NCBI GenBank assembly: GCA_030265395.1
Contig: JARFYF010000050.1
Coordinates: 10,179,969-10,241,892, forward strand
Source of the DNA: Rhina ancylostomus
Lineage: Eukaryota
Direction: 5' to 3'
DNA length: 61,924 nucleotides
Below are positions 60,631 to 61,924 of the stretch, piece by piece. The notes beneath the pieces are model-generated. The model worked only from the letters and a program-made list of their open reading frames with translations, was not told the DNA's origin and did no database searches. The stretch's first letter is position 1. Every line of letters begins with the position of its first letter. The position numbers were made by a program, and so were the translations under genes.

Positions 60631-61711
60631 AATCCAGGTAAAAATTGGTAAAAATTGATCATCCTGGTAAAAATTGATCATTCATTAATAACATGGCCAT
60701 AAACTTTATGACCACTGCTCTAGATCCAGCTTTTTTCAAATGCTGGATATTATAAAATTGCATTTACAATTCAGGTTCAATTCAATGATTTTAAAATAGT
60801 TTTAGATTAATAGTAGGACTTCCCGAATTTCAAGACATAATAACATTAGCGTGGCAAAGGTATTTAATTTCTCAGTAAGTTACTGTCTTTGAGAATGTGA
60901 GTGTAGCTCAACTAGCATATGTCAGAATACGAATTTTCATGTTCTCGACAGAAGAGGGCACTTCTGGTTATCAGATTAAAAAGCAAAAAAAAACTACGGT
61001 TACTGTAAATCTGAAATAAAAACAGGAAATGGTCAAGAAAGATCAGTGCAAAGAGACAGAATTACATTTCAAATAATGATCTTTCATCAAAACTGGAAAA
61101 CATTTGAGATAAAACAAGTTCCAAGAATAAGGAAAAATTATAATAAAGTTAGCTGAGTTCATGAATACTAGTCTTCACAATCTTGCTTGAAAAATTGAGG
61201 GATAATTGAATAGAAACTTCTCAGATTTTAATCCACATCTTCTTTTCCTCCTGGAGTGCTGCCTGTTGAGATTCTTTAATACGATTAACTGACAGCCACC
61301 TTGTTGATAGTCTACATGTGGATGCCAGGAATCATACTGAATTGATGACTGGCAGCAGCAGGTTATTGTAAAAGGGAAGTTCTCAGCAGAAGGATTGCTG
61401 GAAAGAGCTGAGTCAGCAACTTTCTTTGAGGTCTGTGGGAAGCATTTTTGCTTCGTCACTGCCTGAAAATTCTGTTATAAAAGTGAGCAAAATGTGCTGA
61501 TTGATTTATTTTTCAAAAACAGAAAATCTCAGTAACTTTCCAGTAATATAGTAAAAGAAACTCTGATAATCTGCTAGTGGATAGTTAGTCATAGAGCAAT
61601 GCAGCATGGATACAGGCCCTTTGGCCCAACCCGTCCATGCTGACCATGGCGCCCACCCAGCTAGCCCCAATTTCCTGCATATGGTGCATATCCCTCCAAG
61701 CCCCACCCTTC

Positions 61712-61924
61712 CCACGGTAGTGTAGCGTTTAGCGCGATGCTATTACAGCGCGAGCCATCGGGGTTCGATTCCCGTCGCTGTCTGCAAGAAGTTTGTACGT
61801 TCTCCCGTGTCTGTGTGGGTTTCCTCCGGGTGGTCCGGTTTCCTCCCACATTCCAAAGACGAACAAGGTAGGTTAACATGGGTTTAAAATGGGCGGTGCG
61901 GACTCATTGGGCCGGAAAGGCCTG
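61712..61924 (+). mobile_element. tRNA-derived V-SINE (second copy, cut by window end)
   Basis: Closely similar to 55034-55265: cacggtagtgtagcg...gggttcgattccc...gtttcctccgggtggtccggtttcctcccacattccaaagac. Confidence 0.88.

Larger units (their letters stand above)
58424..60915. repeat. Inverted repeat, arms 58424-58537 and 60802-60915
   Basis: Manual alignment: 114-bp arms, about 12 mismatches, no gaps. Confidence 0.92.

Noticed and set aside
1-61924. CRISPR arrays, operons, rRNA, intronic snoRNAs
   Set aside because: Vertebrate sequence with no regularly spaced repeat-spacer array. Scattered C/D-box-like words lack correct spacing and terminal stems by eye; an Infernal or snoscan run would be needed to exclude snoRNAs.

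Overview
Eukaryotic, intron-rich vertebrate DNA from a draft assembly with about a dozen N-gaps. The repeat content (V-SINEs, DeuSINEs, CR1 LINEs, Penelope-like elements) points to a cartilaginous fish; this is an inference. The window is dominated by one minus-strand gene, USP36 (ubiquitin carboxyl-terminal hydrolase 36). I can place 18 coding exons between 36970 (ATG) and 523, all with GT/AG boundaries. Their phases are consistent, except that one exon (8809-8958) is mostly hidden in an N-gap and its length is unresolved. The last coding exon lies left of the window. A CpG island with CCAAT and GC boxes at about 53.2-53.9 kb is the probable promoter and non-coding exon 1. Everything else is intron or intergenic sequence filled with decayed retroelements and MITEs, and most entries in the ORF track are noise. 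I found no prokaryote-type system. The most interesting unexplained signals are: a ~100-bp inverted repeat in a USP36 intron that overlaps a cryptic or poison-exon acceptor; hammerhead-ribozyme-like motifs in Penelope-derived repeats; a probable coding tandem repeat collapsed into a gap; an overlapping uORF at the USP36 start; and a second ~114-bp inverted repeat upstream of the gene.
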